Below are positions 1 through 13,953 of a stretch of DNA of 64,000 bases, one piece after another; the first letter of the stretch is position 1; the number at the start of each line of letters is the position of its first letter. The translations under genes and the position numbers were made by a program. The stretch is from Balanoglossus misakiensis (taxonomy: Eukaryota > Animalia > Hemichordata), in NCBI GenBank assembly GCA_040954595.2, contig CM082587.2:11897262-11961261 (forward strand). Reading direction: 5' to 3'. The notes under the pieces were generated by a model that saw only the letters and a program-made list of their open reading frames with translations, did no database searches and was not told where the DNA came from.

Positions 1-3000
1 TGAAATGAACTCATCTGCTGTGGGCCAGTTTATTGGTGGCAGTTGAGCTGAGGAGAGCACCTTCCTTCCCGGCACGCCACCAAGTAAAGTTCCACGCCGC
101 CCACCACAGATGCCAGCATTCATTCATGCGAGTGAGTGTAATTGCAAATTTGCCTATTCTAGATCTGTAATGGAAATGGAGAAAGTACCTTATATTTTCT
201 GTAAAATAGACATTTAATTGGCAAGCCGTCCTGCATCAATTATGAATTGTGTACATGCACTAAAGCGCCCTCACTGCTGGGTGTGTTGTATGGTCTTTAA
301 CCCTGTTTCAAATTAGAGTACTTTCTGCAATTTCAAGACAGATCTTACGTGCCATTGGAGAGCTCCATTGACTGGTCATTCATACTGTTTTCATTCATTC
401 ATTTCGGCATCAATATATTTTATCTATTCTAGCCAAAGAGCTTGGCACCTGTTGAAATGAACTCATCTGCTGTGGGCCAGTTTATTGGTGGCAGTTGAGC
501 TGAGAAGAGCACCTTCCTTCCCGGCACGCCACCAAGTAAAGTTCCACGCCGCCCACCACAGATGCCAGCATTCATTCATGCGAGTGAGTGTAATTGCAAA
601 TTTGCCTATTCTAGAATCTTACGTGCCATTGGAGAGCTCCATTGACTGGTCATTCATACTGTTTTCATTCATTCATTGCGGCATCAATATATTTTATCTA
701 TTCTAGCCAAAGAGCTTGGCACCTGTTGAAATGAACTCATCTGCTGTGGGCCAGTTTATTGGTGGCAGTTGAGCTGAGGAGAGCACCTTCCTTCCCGGGA
801 CGCCACCAAGTAAAGTTCCACGCCGCCCACCACAGATGCCAGCATTCATTCATGCGAGTGAGTGTAATTGCAAATTTGCCTATTCTAGATTCTTACGTGC
901 CATTGGAGAGCTCCATTGACTGGTCATTCATACTGTTTTCATTCATTCATTGCGGCATCAATATATTTTATCTATTCTAGCCAAAGAGCTTGGCACCTGT
1001 TGAAATGAACTCATCTGCTGTGGGCCAGTTTATTGGTGGCAGTTGAGCTGAGGAGAGCACCTTCCTTCCCGGCACGCCACCAAGTAAAGTTCCACGCCGC
1101 CCACCACAGATGCCAGCATTCATTCATGCGAGTGAGTGTAATTGCAAATTTGCCTATTCTAGATCTGTAATGGAAATGGAGAAAGTACCTTATATTTTCT
1201 GTAAAATAGACATTTAATTGGCAAGCCGTCCTGCATCAATTATTAATTGTGTACATGCACTAAAGCGCCCTCACTGCTGGGTGTGTTGTATGGTCTTTAA
1301 CCCTGTTTCAAATTAGAGTACTTTCTGCAATTTCAAGACAGATCTTACGTGCCATTGGAGAGCTCCATTGACTGGTCATTCATACTGTTTTCATTCATTC
1401 ATTGCGGCATCAATATATTTTATCTATTCTAGCCAAAGAGCTTGGCACCTGTTGAAATGAACTCATCTGCTGTGGGCCAGTTTATTGGTGGCAGTTGAGC
1501 TGAGGAGAGCACCTTCCTTCCCGGCACGCCACCAAGTAAAGTTCCACGCCGCCCACCACAGATGCCAGCATTCATTCATGCGAGTGAGTGTAATTGCAAA
1601 TTTGCCTATTCTAGAATTACGTGCCATTGGAGAGCTCCATTGACTGGTCATTCATACTGTTTTCATTCATTCATTGCGGCATCAATATATTTTATCTATT
1701 CTAGCCAAAGAGCTTGGCACCTGTTGAAATGAACTCATCTGCTGTGGGCCAGTTTATTGGTGGCAGTTGAGCTGAGGAGAGCACCTTCCTTCCCGGCACG
1801 CCACCAAGTAAAGTTCCACGCCGCCCACCACAGATGCCAGCATTCATTCATGCGAGTGAGTGTAATTGCAAATTTGCCTATTCTAGATCTGTAATGGAAA
1901 TGGAGAAAGTACCTTATATTTTCTGTAAAATAGACATTTAATTGGCAAGCCGTCCTGCATCAATTATGAATTGTGTACATGCACTAAAGCGCCCTCACTG
2001 CTGGGTGTGTTGTATGGTCTTTAACCCTGTTTCAAATTAGAGTACTTTCTGCAATTTCAAGACAGATCTTACGTGCCATTGGAGAGCTCCATTGACTGGT
2101 CATTCATACTGTTTTCATTCATTCATTGCGGCATCAATATATTTTATCTATTCTAGCCAAAGAGCTTGGCACCTGTTGAAATGAACTCATCTGCTGTGGG
2201 CCAGTTTATTGGTGGCAGTTGAGCTGAGGAGAGCACCTTCCTTCCCGGCACGCCACCAAGTAAAGTTCCACGCCGCCCACCACAGATGCCAGCATTCATT
2301 CATGCGAGTGAGTGTAATTGCAAATTTGCCTATTCTAGATCTGTAATGGAAATGGAGAAAGTACCTTATATTTTCTGTAAAATAGACATTTAATTGGCAA
2401 GCCGTCCTGCATCAATTATGAATTGTGTACATGCACTAAAGCGCCCTCACTGCTGGGTGTGTTGTATGGTCTTTAACCCTGTTTCAAATTAGAGTACTTT
2501 CTGCAATTTCAAGACAGATCTTACGTGCCATTGGAGAGCTCCATTGACTGGTCATTCATACTGTTTTCATTCATTCATTGCGGCATCAATATATTTTATC
2601 TATTCTAGCCAAAGAGCTTGGCACCTGTTGAAATGAACTCATCTGCTGTGGGCCAGTTTATTGGTGGCAGTTGAGCTGAGGAGAGCACCTTCCTTCCCGG
2701 CACGCCACCAAGTAAAGTTCCACGCCGCCCACCACAGATGCCAGCATTCATTCATGCGAGTGAGTGTAATTGCAAATTTGCCTATTCTAGATCTGTAATG
2801 GAAATGGAGAAAGTACCTTATATTTTCTGTAAAATAGACATTTAATTGGCAAGCCGTCCTGCATCAATTATGAATTGTGTACATGCACTAAAGCGCCCTC
2901 ACTGCTGGGTGTGTTGTATGGTCTTTAACCCTGTTTCAAATTAGAGTACTTTCTGCAATTTCAAGACAGATCTTACGTGCCATTGGAGAGCTCCATTGAC

Positions 3001-6000
3001 TGGTCATTCATACTGTTTTCATTCATTCATTGCGGCATCAATATATTTTATCTATTCTAGCCAAAGAGCTTGGCACCTGTTGAAATGAACTCATCTGCTG
3101 TGGGCCAGTTTATTGGTGGCAGTTGAGCTGAGAAGAGCACCTTCCTTCCCGGCACGCCACCAAGTAAAGTTCCACGCCGCCCACCACAGATGCCAGCATT
3201 CATTCATGCGAGTGAGTGTAATTGCAAATTTGCCTATTCTAGAATCTTACGTGCCATTGGAGAGCTCCATTGACTGGTCATTCATACTGTTTTCATTCAT
3301 TCATTGCGGCATCAATATATTTTATCTATTCTAGCCAAAGAGCTTGGCACCTGTTGAAATGAACTCATCTGCTGTGGGCCAGTTTATTGGTGGCAGTTGA
3401 GCTGAGGAGAGCACCTTCCTTCCCGGGACGCCACCAAGTAAAGTTCCACGCCGCCCACCACAGATGCCAGCATTCATTCATGCGAGTGAGTGTAATTGCA
3501 AATTTGCCTATTCTAGATTCTTACGTGCCATTGGAGAGCTCCATTGACTGGTCATTCATACTGTTTTCATTCATTCATTGCGGCATCAATATATTTTATC
3601 TATTCTAGCCAAAGAGCTTGGCACCTGTTGAAATGAACTCATCTGCTGTGGGCCAGTTTATTGGTGGCAGTTGAGCTGAGGAGAGCACCTTCCTTCCCGG
3701 CACGCCACCAAGTAAAGTTCCACGCCGCCCACCACAGATGCCAGCATTCATTCATGCGAGTGAGTGTAATTGCAAATTTGCCTATTCTAGATCTGTAATG
3801 GAAATGGAGAAAGTACCTTATATTTTCTGTAAAATAGACATTTAATTGGCAAGCCGTCCTGCATCAATTATGAATTGTGTACATGCACTAAAGCGCCCTC
3901 ACTGCTGGGTGTGTTGTATGGTCTTTAACCCTGTTTCAAATTAGAGTACTTTCTGCAATTTCAAGACAGATCTTACGTGCCATTGGAGAGCTCCATTGAC
4001 TGGTCATTCATACTGTTTTCATTCATTCATTGCGGCATCAATATATTTTATCTATTCTAGCCAAAGAGCTTGGCACCTGTTGAAATGAACTCATCTGCTG
4101 TGGGCCAGTTTATTGGTGGCAGTTGAGCTGAGGAGAGCACCTTCCTTCCCGGCACGCCACCAAGTAAAGTTCCACGCCGCCCACCACAGATGCCAGCATT
4201 CATTCATGCGAGTGAGTGTAATTGCAAATTTGCCTATTCTAGATCTGTAATGGAAATGGAGAAAGTACCTTATATTTTCTGTAAAATAGACATTTAATTG
4301 GCAAGCCGTCCTGCATCAATTATGAATTGTGTACATGCACTAAAGCGCCCTCACTGCTGGGTGTGTTGTATGGTCTTTAACCCTGTTTCAAATTAGAGTA
4401 CTTTCTGCAATTTCAAGACAGATCTTACGTGCCATTGGAGAGCTCCATTGACTGGTCATTCATACTGTTTTCATTCATTCATTGCGGCATCAATATATTT
4501 TATGTATTCTAGCCAAAGAGCTTGGCACCTGTTGAAATGAACTCATCTGCTGTGGGCCAGTTTATTGGTGGCAGTTGAGCTGAGGAGAGCACCTTCCTTC
4601 CCGGCACGCCACCAAGTAAAGTTCCACGCCGCCCACCACAGATGCCAGCATTCATTCATGCGAGTGAGTGTAATTGCAAATTTGCCTATTCTAGATCTGT
4701 AATGGAAATGGAGAAAGTACCTTATATTTTCTGTAAAATAGACATTTAATTGGCAAGCCGTCCTGCATCAATTATTAATTGTGTACATGCACTAAAGCGC
4801 CCTCACTGCTGGGTGTGTTGTATGGTCTTTAACCCTGTTTCAAATTAGAGTACTTTCTGCAATTTCAAGACAGATCTTACGTGCCATTGGAGAGCTCCAT
4901 TGACTGGTCATTCATACTGTTTTCATTCATTCATTGCGGCATCAATATATTTTATCTATTCTAGCCAAAGAGCTTGGCACCTGTTGAAATGAACTCATCT
5001 GCTGTGGGCCAGTTTATTGGTGGCAGTTGAGTTGAGGAGAGCACCTTCCTTCCCGGCACGCCACCAAGTAAAGTTCCACGCCGCCCACCACAGATGCCAG
5101 CATTCATTCATGCGAGTGAGTGTAATTGCAAATTTGCCTATTCTAGAATTCTTACGTGCCATTGGAGAGCTCCATTGACTGGTCATTCATACTGTTTTCA
5201 TTCATTCATTGCGGCATCAATATATTTTATGTATTCTAGCCAAAGAGCTTGGCACCTGTTGAAATGAACTCATCTGCTGTGGGCCAGTTTATTGGTGGCA
5301 GTTGAGCTGAGGAGAGCACCTTCCTTCCCGGCACGCCACCAAGTAAAGTTCCACGCCGCCCACCACAGATGCCAGCATTCATTCATGCGAGTGAGTGTAA
5401 TTGCAAATTTGCCTATTCTAGATCTGTAATGGAAATGGAGAAAGTACCTTATATTTTCTGTAAAATAGACATTTAATTGGCAAGCCGTCCTGCATCAATT
5501 ATGAATTGTGTACATGCACTAAAGCGCCCTCACTGCTGGGTGTGTTGTATGGTCTTTAACCCTGTTTCAAATTAGAGTACTTTCTGCAATTTCAAGACAG
5601 ATCTTACGTGCCATTGGAGAGCTCCATTGACTGGTCATTCATACTGTTTTCATTCATTCATTGTGGCATCAATATATTTTATCTATTCTAGCCAAAGAGC
5701 TTGGCACCTGTTGAAATGAACTCATCTGCTGTGGGCCAGTTTATTGGTGGCAGTTGAGCTGAGGAGAGCACCTTCCTTCCCGGCACGCCACCAAGTAAAG
5801 TTCCACGCCGCCCACCACAGATGCCAGCATTCATTCATGCGAGTGAGTGTAATTGCAAATTTGCCTATTCTAGATCTGTAATGGAAATGGAGAAAGTACC
5901 TTATATTTTCTGTAAAATAGACATTTAATTGGCAAGCCGTCCTGCATCAATTATTAATTGTGTACATGCACTAAAGCGCCCTCACTGCTGGGTGTGTTGT

Positions 6001-9000
6001 ATGGTCTTTAACCCTGTTTCAAATTAGAGTACTTTCTGCAATTTCAAGACAGATCTTACGTGCCATTGGAGAGCTCCATTGACTGGTCATTCATACTGTT
6101 TTCATTCATTCATTGCGGCATCAATATATTTTATCTATTCTAGCCAAAGAGCTTGGCACCTGTTGAAATGAACTCATCTGCTGTGGGCCAGTTTATTGGT
6201 GGCAGTTGAGCTGAGAAGAGCACCTTCCTTCCCGGCACGCCACCAAGTAAAGTTCCACGCCGCCCACCACAGATGCCAGCATTCATTCATGCGAGTGAGT
6301 GTAATTGCAAATTTGCCTATTCTAGATCTGTAATGGAAATGGAGAAAGTACCTTATATTTTCTGTAAAATAGACATTTAATTGGCAAGCCGTCCTGCATC
6401 AATTATGAATTGTGTACATGCACTAAAGCGCCCTCACTGCTGGGTGTGTTGTATGGTCTTTAACCCTGTTTCAAATTAGAGTACTTTCTGCAATTTCAAG
6501 ACAGATCTTACGTGCCATTGGAGAGCTCCATTGACTGGTCATTCATACTGTTTTCATTCATTCATTGCGGCATCAATATATTTTATCTATTCTAGCCAAA
6601 GAGCTTGGCACCTGTTGAAATGAACTCATCTGCTGTGGGCCAGTTTATTGGTGGCAGTTGAGCTGAGGAGAGCACCTTCCTTCCCGGCACGCCACCAAGT
6701 AAAGTTCCACGCCGCCCACCACAGATGCCAGCATTCATTCATGCGAGTGAGTGTAATTGCAAATTTGCCTATTCTAGATCTGTAATGGAAATGGAGAAAG
6801 TACCTTATATTTTCTGTAAAATAGACATTTAATTGGCAAGCCGTCCTGCATCAATTATGAATTGTGTACATGCACTAAAGCGCCCTCACTGCTGGGTGTG
6901 TTGTATGGTCTTTAACCCTGTTTCAAATTAGAGTACTTTCTGCAATTTCAAGACAGATCTTACGTGCCATTGGAGAGCTCCATTGACTGGTCATTCATAC
7001 TGTTTTCATTCATTCATTGCGGCATCAATATATTTTATCTATTCTAGCCAAAGAGCTTGGCACCTGTTGAAATGAACTCATCTGCTGTGGGCCAGTTTAT
7101 TGGTGGCAGTTGAGCTGAGGAGAGCACCTTCCTTCCCGGCACGCCACCAAGTAAAGTTCCACGCCGCCCACCACAGATGCCAGCATTCATTCATGCGAGT
7201 GAGTGTAATTGCAAATTTGCCTATTCTAGATCTGTAATGGAAATGGAGAAAGTACCTTATATTTTCTGTAAAATAGACATTTAATTGGCAAGCCGTCCTG
7301 CATCAATTATGAATTGTGTACATGCACTAAAGCGCCCTCACTGCTGGGTGTGTTGTATGGTCTTTAACCCTGTTTCAAATTAGAGTACTTTCTGCAATTT
7401 CAAGACAGATCTTACGTGCCATTGGAGAGCTCCATTGACTGGTCATTCATACTGTTTTCATTCATTCATTGCGGCATCAATATATTTTATGTATTCTAGC
7501 CAAAGAGCTTGGCACCTGTTGAAATGAACTCATCTGCTGTGGGCCAGTTTATTGGTGGCAGTTGAGCTGAGGAGAGCACCTTCCTTCCCGGCACGCCACC
7601 AAGTAAAGTTCCACGCCGCCCACCACAGATGCCAGCATTCATTCATGCGAGTGAGTGTAATTGCAAATTTGCCTATTCTAGATCTGTAATGGAAATGGAG
7701 AAAGTACCTTATATTTTCTGTAAAATAGACATTTAATTGGCAAGCCGTCCTGCATCAATTATTAATTGTGTACATGCACTAAAGCGCCCTCACTGCTGGG
7801 TGTGTTGTATGGTCTTTAACCCTGTTTCAAATTAGAGTACTTTCTGCAATTTCAAGACAGATCTTACGTGCCATTGGAGAGCTCCATTGACTGGTCATTC
7901 ATACTGTTTTCATTCATTCATTGCGGCATCAATATATTTTATCTATTCTAGCCAAAGAGCTTGGCACCTGTTGAAATGAACTCATCTGCTGTGGGCCAGT
8001 TTATTGGTGGCAGTTGAGCTGAGGAGAGCACCTTCCTTCCCGGCACGCCACCAAGTAAAGTTCCACGCCGCCCACCACAGATGCCAGCATTCATTCATGC
8101 GAGTGAGTGTAATTGCAAATTTGCCTATTCTAGAATTACGTGCCATTGGAGAGCTCCATTGACTGGTCATTCATACTGTTTTCATTCATTCATTGCGGCA
8201 TCAATATATTTTATCTATTCTAGCCAAAGAGCTTGGCACCTGTTGAAATGAACTCATCTGCTGTGGGCCAGTTTATTGGTGGCAGTTGAGCTGAGGAGAG
8301 CACCTTCCTTCCCGGCACGCCACCAAGTAAAGTTCCACGCCGCCCACCACAGATGCCAGCATTCATTCATGCGAGTGAGTGTAATTGCAAATTTGCCTAT
8401 TCTAGATCTGTAATGGAAATGGAGAAAGTACCTTATATTTTCTGTAAAATAGACATTTAATTGGCAAGCCGTCCTGCATCAATTATGAATTGTGTACATG
8501 CACTAAAGCGCCCTCACTGCTGGGTGTGTTGTATGGTCTTTAACCCTGTTTCAAATTAGAGTACTTTCTGCAATTTCAAGACAGATCTTACGTGCCATTG
8601 GAGAGCTCCATTGACTGGTCATTCATACTGTTTTCATTCATTCATTGCGGCATCAATATATTTTATCTATTCTAGCCAAAGAGCTTGGCACCTGTTGAAA
8701 TGAACTCATCTGCTGTGGGCCAGTTTATTGGTGGCAGTTGAGCTGAGGAGAGCACCTTCCTTCCCGGCACGCCACCAAGTAAAGTTCCACGCCGCCCACC
8801 ACAGATGCCAGCATTCATTCATGCGAGTGAGTGTAATTGCAAATTTGCCTATTCTAGAATCTTACGTGCCATTGGAGAGCTCCATTGACTGGTCATTCAT
8901 ACTGTTTTCATTCATTCATTGCGGCATCAATATATTTTATCTATTCTAGCCAAAGAGCTTGGCACCTGTTGAAATGAACTCATCTGCTGTGGGCCAGTTT

Positions 9001-12000
9001 ATTGGTGGCAGTTGAGCTGAGGAGAGCACCTTCCTTCCCGGCACGCCACCAAGTAAAGTTCCACGCCGCCCACCACAGATGCCAGCATTCATTCATGCGA
9101 GTGAGTGTAATTGCAAATTTGCCTATTCTAGATCTGTAATGGAAATGGAGAAAGTACCTTATATTTTCTGTAAAATAGACATTTAATTGGCAAGCCGTCC
9201 TGCATCAATTATTAATTGTGTACATGCACTAAAGCGCCCTCACTGCTGGGTGTGTTGTATGGTCTTTAACCCTGTTTCAAATTAGAGTACTTTCTGCAAT
9301 TTCAAGACAGATCTTACGTGCCATTGGAGAGCTCCATTGACTGGTCATTCATACTGTTTTCATTCATTCATTGCGGCATCAATATATTTTATCTATTCTA
9401 GCCAAAGAGCTTGGCACCTGTTGAAATGAACTCATCTGCTGTGGGCCAGTTTATTGGTGGCAGTTGAGCTGAGAAGAGCACCTTCCTTCCCGGCACGCCA
9501 CCAAGTAAAGTTCCACGCCGCCCACCACAGATGCCAGCATTCATTCATGCGAGTGAGTGTAATTGCAAATTTGCCTATTCTAGATCTGTAATGGAAATGG
9601 AGAAAGTACCTTATATTTTCTGTAAAATAGACATTTAATTGGCAAGCCGTCCTGCATCAATTATGAATTGTGTACATGCACTAAAGCGCCCTCACTGCTG
9701 GGTGTGTTGTATGGTCTTTAACCCTGTTTCAAATTAGAGTACTTTCTGCAATTTCAAGACAGATCTTACGTGCCATTGGAGAGCTCCATTGACTGGTCAT
9801 TCATACTGTTTTCATTCATTCATTGCGGCATCAATATATTTTATCTATTCTAGCCAAAGAGCTTGGCACCTGTTGAAATGAACTCATCTGCTGTGGGCCA
9901 GTTTATTGGTGGCAGTTGAGCTGAGGAGAGCACCTTCCTTCCCGGCACGCCACCAAGTAAAGTTCCACGCCGCCCACCACAGATGCCAGCATTCATTCAT
10001 GCGAGTGAGTGTAATTGCAAATTTGCCTATTCTAGATCTGTAATGGAAATGGAGAAAGTACCTTATATTTTCTGTAAAATAGACATTTAATTGGCAAGCC
10101 GTCCTGCATCAATTATGAATTGTGTACATGCACTAAAGCGCCCTCACTGCTGGGTGTGTTGTATGGTCTTTAACCCTGTTTCAAATTAGAGTACTTTCTG
10201 CAATTTCAAGACAGATCTTACGTGCCATTGGAGAGCTCCATTGACTGGTCATTCATACTGTTTTCATTCATTCATTGCGGCATCAATATATTTTATCTAT
10301 TCTAGCCAAAGAGCTTGGCACCTGTTGAAATGAACTCATCTGCTGTGGGCCAGTTTATTGGTGGCAGTTGAGCTGAGGAGAGCACCTTCCTTCCCGGCAC
10401 GCCACCAAGTAAAGTTCCACGCCGCCCACCACAGATGCCAGCATTCATTCATGCGAGTGAGTGTAATTGCAAATTTGCCTATTCTAGATCTGTAATGGAA
10501 ATGGAGAAAGTACCTTATATTTTCTGTAAAATAGACATTTAATTGGCAAGCCGTCCTGCATCAATTATGAATTGTGTACATGCACTAAAGCGCCCTCACT
10601 GCTGGGTGTGTTGTATGGTCTTTAACCCTGTTTCAAATTAGAGTACTTTCTGCAATTTCAAGACAGATCTTACGTGCCATTGGAGAGCTCCATTGACTGG
10701 TCATTCATACTGTTTTCATTCATTCATTGCGGCATCAATATATTTTATCTATTCTAGCCAAAGAGCTTGGCACCTGTTGAAATGAACTCATCTGCTGTGG
10801 GCCAGTTTATTGGTGGCAGTTGAGCTGAGAAGAGCACCTTCCTTCCCGGCACGCCACCAAGTAAAGTTCCACGCCGCCCACCACAGATGCCAGCATTCAT
10901 TCATGCGAGTGAGTGTAATTGCAAATTTGCCTATTCTAGAATCTTACGTGCCATTGGAGAGCTCCATTGACTGGTCATTCATACTGTTTTCATTCATTCA
11001 TTGCGGCATCAATATATTTTATCTATTCTAGCCAAAGAGCTTGGCACCTGTTGAAATGAACTCATCTGCTGTGGGCCAGTTTATTGGTGGCAGTTGAGCT
11101 GAGGAGAGCACCTTCCTTCCCGGGACGCCACCAAGTAAAGTTCCACGCCGCCCACCACAGATGCCAGCATTCATTCATGCGAGTGAGTGTAATTGCAAAT
11201 TTGCCTATTCTAGATTCTTACGTGCCATTGGAGAGCTCCATTGACTGGTCATTCATACTGTTTTCATTCATTCATTGCGGCATCAATATATTTTATCTAT
11301 TCTAGCCAAAGAGCTTGGCACCTGTTGAAATGAACTCATCTGCTGTGGGCCAGTTTATTGGTGGCAGTTGAGCTGAGGAGAGCACCTTCCTTCCCGGCAC
11401 GCCACCAAGTAAAGTTCCACGCCGCCCACCACAGATGCCAGCATTCATTCATGCGAGTGAGTGTAATTGCAAATTTGCCTATTCTAGATCTGTAATGGAA
11501 ATGGAGAAAGTACCTTATATTTTCTGTAAAATAGACATTTAATTGGCAAGCCGTCCTGCATCAATTATTAATTGTGTACATGCACTAAAGCGCCCTCACT
11601 GCTGGGTGTGTTGTATGGTCTTTAACCCTGTTTCAAATTAGAGTACTTTCTGCAATTTCAAGACAGATCTTACGTGCCATTGGAGAGCTCCATTGACTGG
11701 TCATTCATACTGTTTTCATTCATTCATTGCGGCATCAATATATTTTATCTATTCTAGCCAAAGAGCTTGGCACCTGTTGAAATGAACTCATCTGCTGTGG
11801 GCCAGTTTATTGGTGGCAGTTGAGCTGAGGAGAGCACCTTCCTTCCCGGCACGCCACCAAGTAAAGTTCCACGCCGCCCACCACAGATGCCAGCATTCAT
11901 TCATGCGAGTGAGTGTAATTGCAAATTTGCCTATTCTAGATCTGTAATGGAAATGGAGAAAGTACCTTATATTTTCTGTAAAATAGACATTTAATTGGCA

Positions 12001-13953
12001 AGCCGTCCTGCATCAATTATGAATTGTGTACATGCACTAAAGCGCCCTCACTGCTGGGTGTGTTGTATGGTCTTTAACCCTGTTTCAAATTAGAGTACTT
12101 TCTGCAATTTCAAGACAGATCTTACGTGCCATTGGAGAGCTCCATTGACTGGTCATTCATACTGTTTTCATTCATTCATTGCGGCATCAATATATTTTAT
12201 GTATTCTAGCCAAAGAGCTTGGCACCTGTTGAAATGAACTCATCTGCTGTGGGCCAGTTTATTGGTGGCAGTTGAGCTGAGGAGAGCACCTTCCTTCCCG
12301 GCACGCCACCAAGTAAAGTTCCACGCCGCCCACCACAGATGCCAGCATTCATTCATGCGAGTGAGTGTAATTGCAAATTTGCCTATTCTAGATCTGTAAT
12401 GGAAATGGAGAAAGTACCTTATATTTTCTGTAAAATAGACATTTAATTGGCAAGCCGTCCTGCATCAATTATTAATTGTGTACATGCACTAAAGCGCCCT
12501 CACTGCTGGGTGTGTTGTATGGTCTTTAACCCTGTTTCAAATTAGAGTACTTTCTGCAATTTCAAGACAGATCTTACGTGCCATTGGAGAGCTCCATTGA
12601 CTGGTCATTCATACTGTTTTCATTCATTCATTGCGGCATCAATATATTTTATCTATTCTAGCCAAAGAGCTTGGCACCTGTTGAAATGAACTCATCTGCT
12701 GTGGGCCAGTTTATTGGTGGCAGTTGAGCTGAGGAGAGCACCTTCCTTCCCGGCACGCCACCAAGTAAAGTTCCACGCCGCCCACCACAGATGCCAGCAT
12801 TCATTCATGCGAGTGAGTGTAATTGCAAATTTGCCTATTCTAGAATTACGTGCCATTGGAGAGCTCCATTGACTGGTCATTCATACTGTTTTCATTCATT
12901 CATTGCGGCATCAATATATTTTATCTATTCTAGCCAAAGAGCTTGGCACCTGTTGAAATGAACTCATCTGCTGTGGGCCAGTTTATTGGTGGCAGTTGAG
13001 CTGAGGAGAGCACCTTCCTTCCCGGCACGCCACCAAGTAAAGTTCCACGCCGCCCACCACAGATGCCAGCATTCATTCATGCGAGTGAGTGTAATTGCAA
13101 ATTTGCCTATTCTAGATCTGTAATGGAAATGGAGAAAGTACCTTATATTTTCTGTAAAATAGACATTTAATTGGCAAGCCGTCCTGCATCAATTATGAAT
13201 TGTGTACATGCACTAAAGCGCCCTCACTGCTGGGTGTGTTGTATGGTCTTTAACCCTGTTTCAAATTAGAGTACTTTCTGCAATTTCAAGACAGATCTTA
13301 CGTGCCATTGGAGAGCTCCATTGACTGGTCATTCATACTGTTTTCATTCATTCATTGCGGCATCAATATATTTTATCTATTCTAGCCAAAGAGCTTGGCA
13401 CCTGTTGAAATGAACTCATCTGCTGTGGGCCAGTTTATTGGTGGCAGTTGAGCTGAGGAGAGCACCTTCCTTCCCGGCACGCCACCAAGTAAAGTTCCAC
13501 GCCGCCCACCACAGATGCCAGCATTCATTCATGCGAGTGAGTGTAATTGCAAATTTGCCTATTCTAGATCTGTAATGGAAATGGAGAAAGTACCTTATAT
13601 TTTCTGTAAAATAGACATTTAATTGGCAAGCCGTCCTGCATCAATTATGAATTGTGTACATGCACTAAAGCGCCCTCACTGCTGGGTGTGTTGTATGGTC
13701 TTTAACCCTGTTTCAAATTAGAGTACTTTCTGCAATTTCAAGACAGATCTTACGTGCCATTGGAGAGCTCCATTGACTGGTCATTCATACTGTTTTCATT
13801 CATTCATTGCGGCATCAATATATTTTATCTATTCTAGCCAAAGAGCTTGGCACCTGTTGAAATGAACTCATCTGCTGTGGGCCAGTTTATTGGTGGCAGT
13901 TGAGCTGAGGAGAGCACCTTCCTTCCCGGCACGCCACCAAGTAAAGTTCCACG
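1..13953. repeat. Tandem satellite array, left arm; mix of 452-bp (MITE-filled) and 272/274/275-bp (empty) monomers
   Basis: TGAAATGAACTCATCTG recurs at 1, 453, 727, 1001, 1453, 1725... (periods 452, 274, 274, 452, 272). Monomers are near-identical and head-to-tail. The array breaks after ...GTAAAGTTCCACG at 13953. Confidence 0.98.
161..345. mobile_element. MITE-like non-autonomous element (representative copy; present in every 452-bp monomer)
   Basis: 161-188 AGATCTGTAATGGAAATGGAGAAAGTAC matches the reverse complement of 318-345 (AGATCTGTCTTGAAATTGCAGAAAGTAC) at 23/28. AGATCT is repeated 179 bp apart. The segment is absent from short monomers. TSD length is ambiguous (AT, GATC or AGATCT) because the site is palindromic. 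Confidence 0.85.

Noticed and set aside
1-452. 5S rRNA, tRNA, snRNA or spliced-leader gene repeat
   Set aside because: No recognisable sequence of these RNAs by eye; an Rfam search would be needed to exclude them fully.
433-589. Monomer as a tandem coding exon (TTCTAG acceptor, GTGAGT donor)
   Set aside because: The candidate exon is 151 nt with stops in all three frames. A non-coding spliced transcript cannot be excluded.
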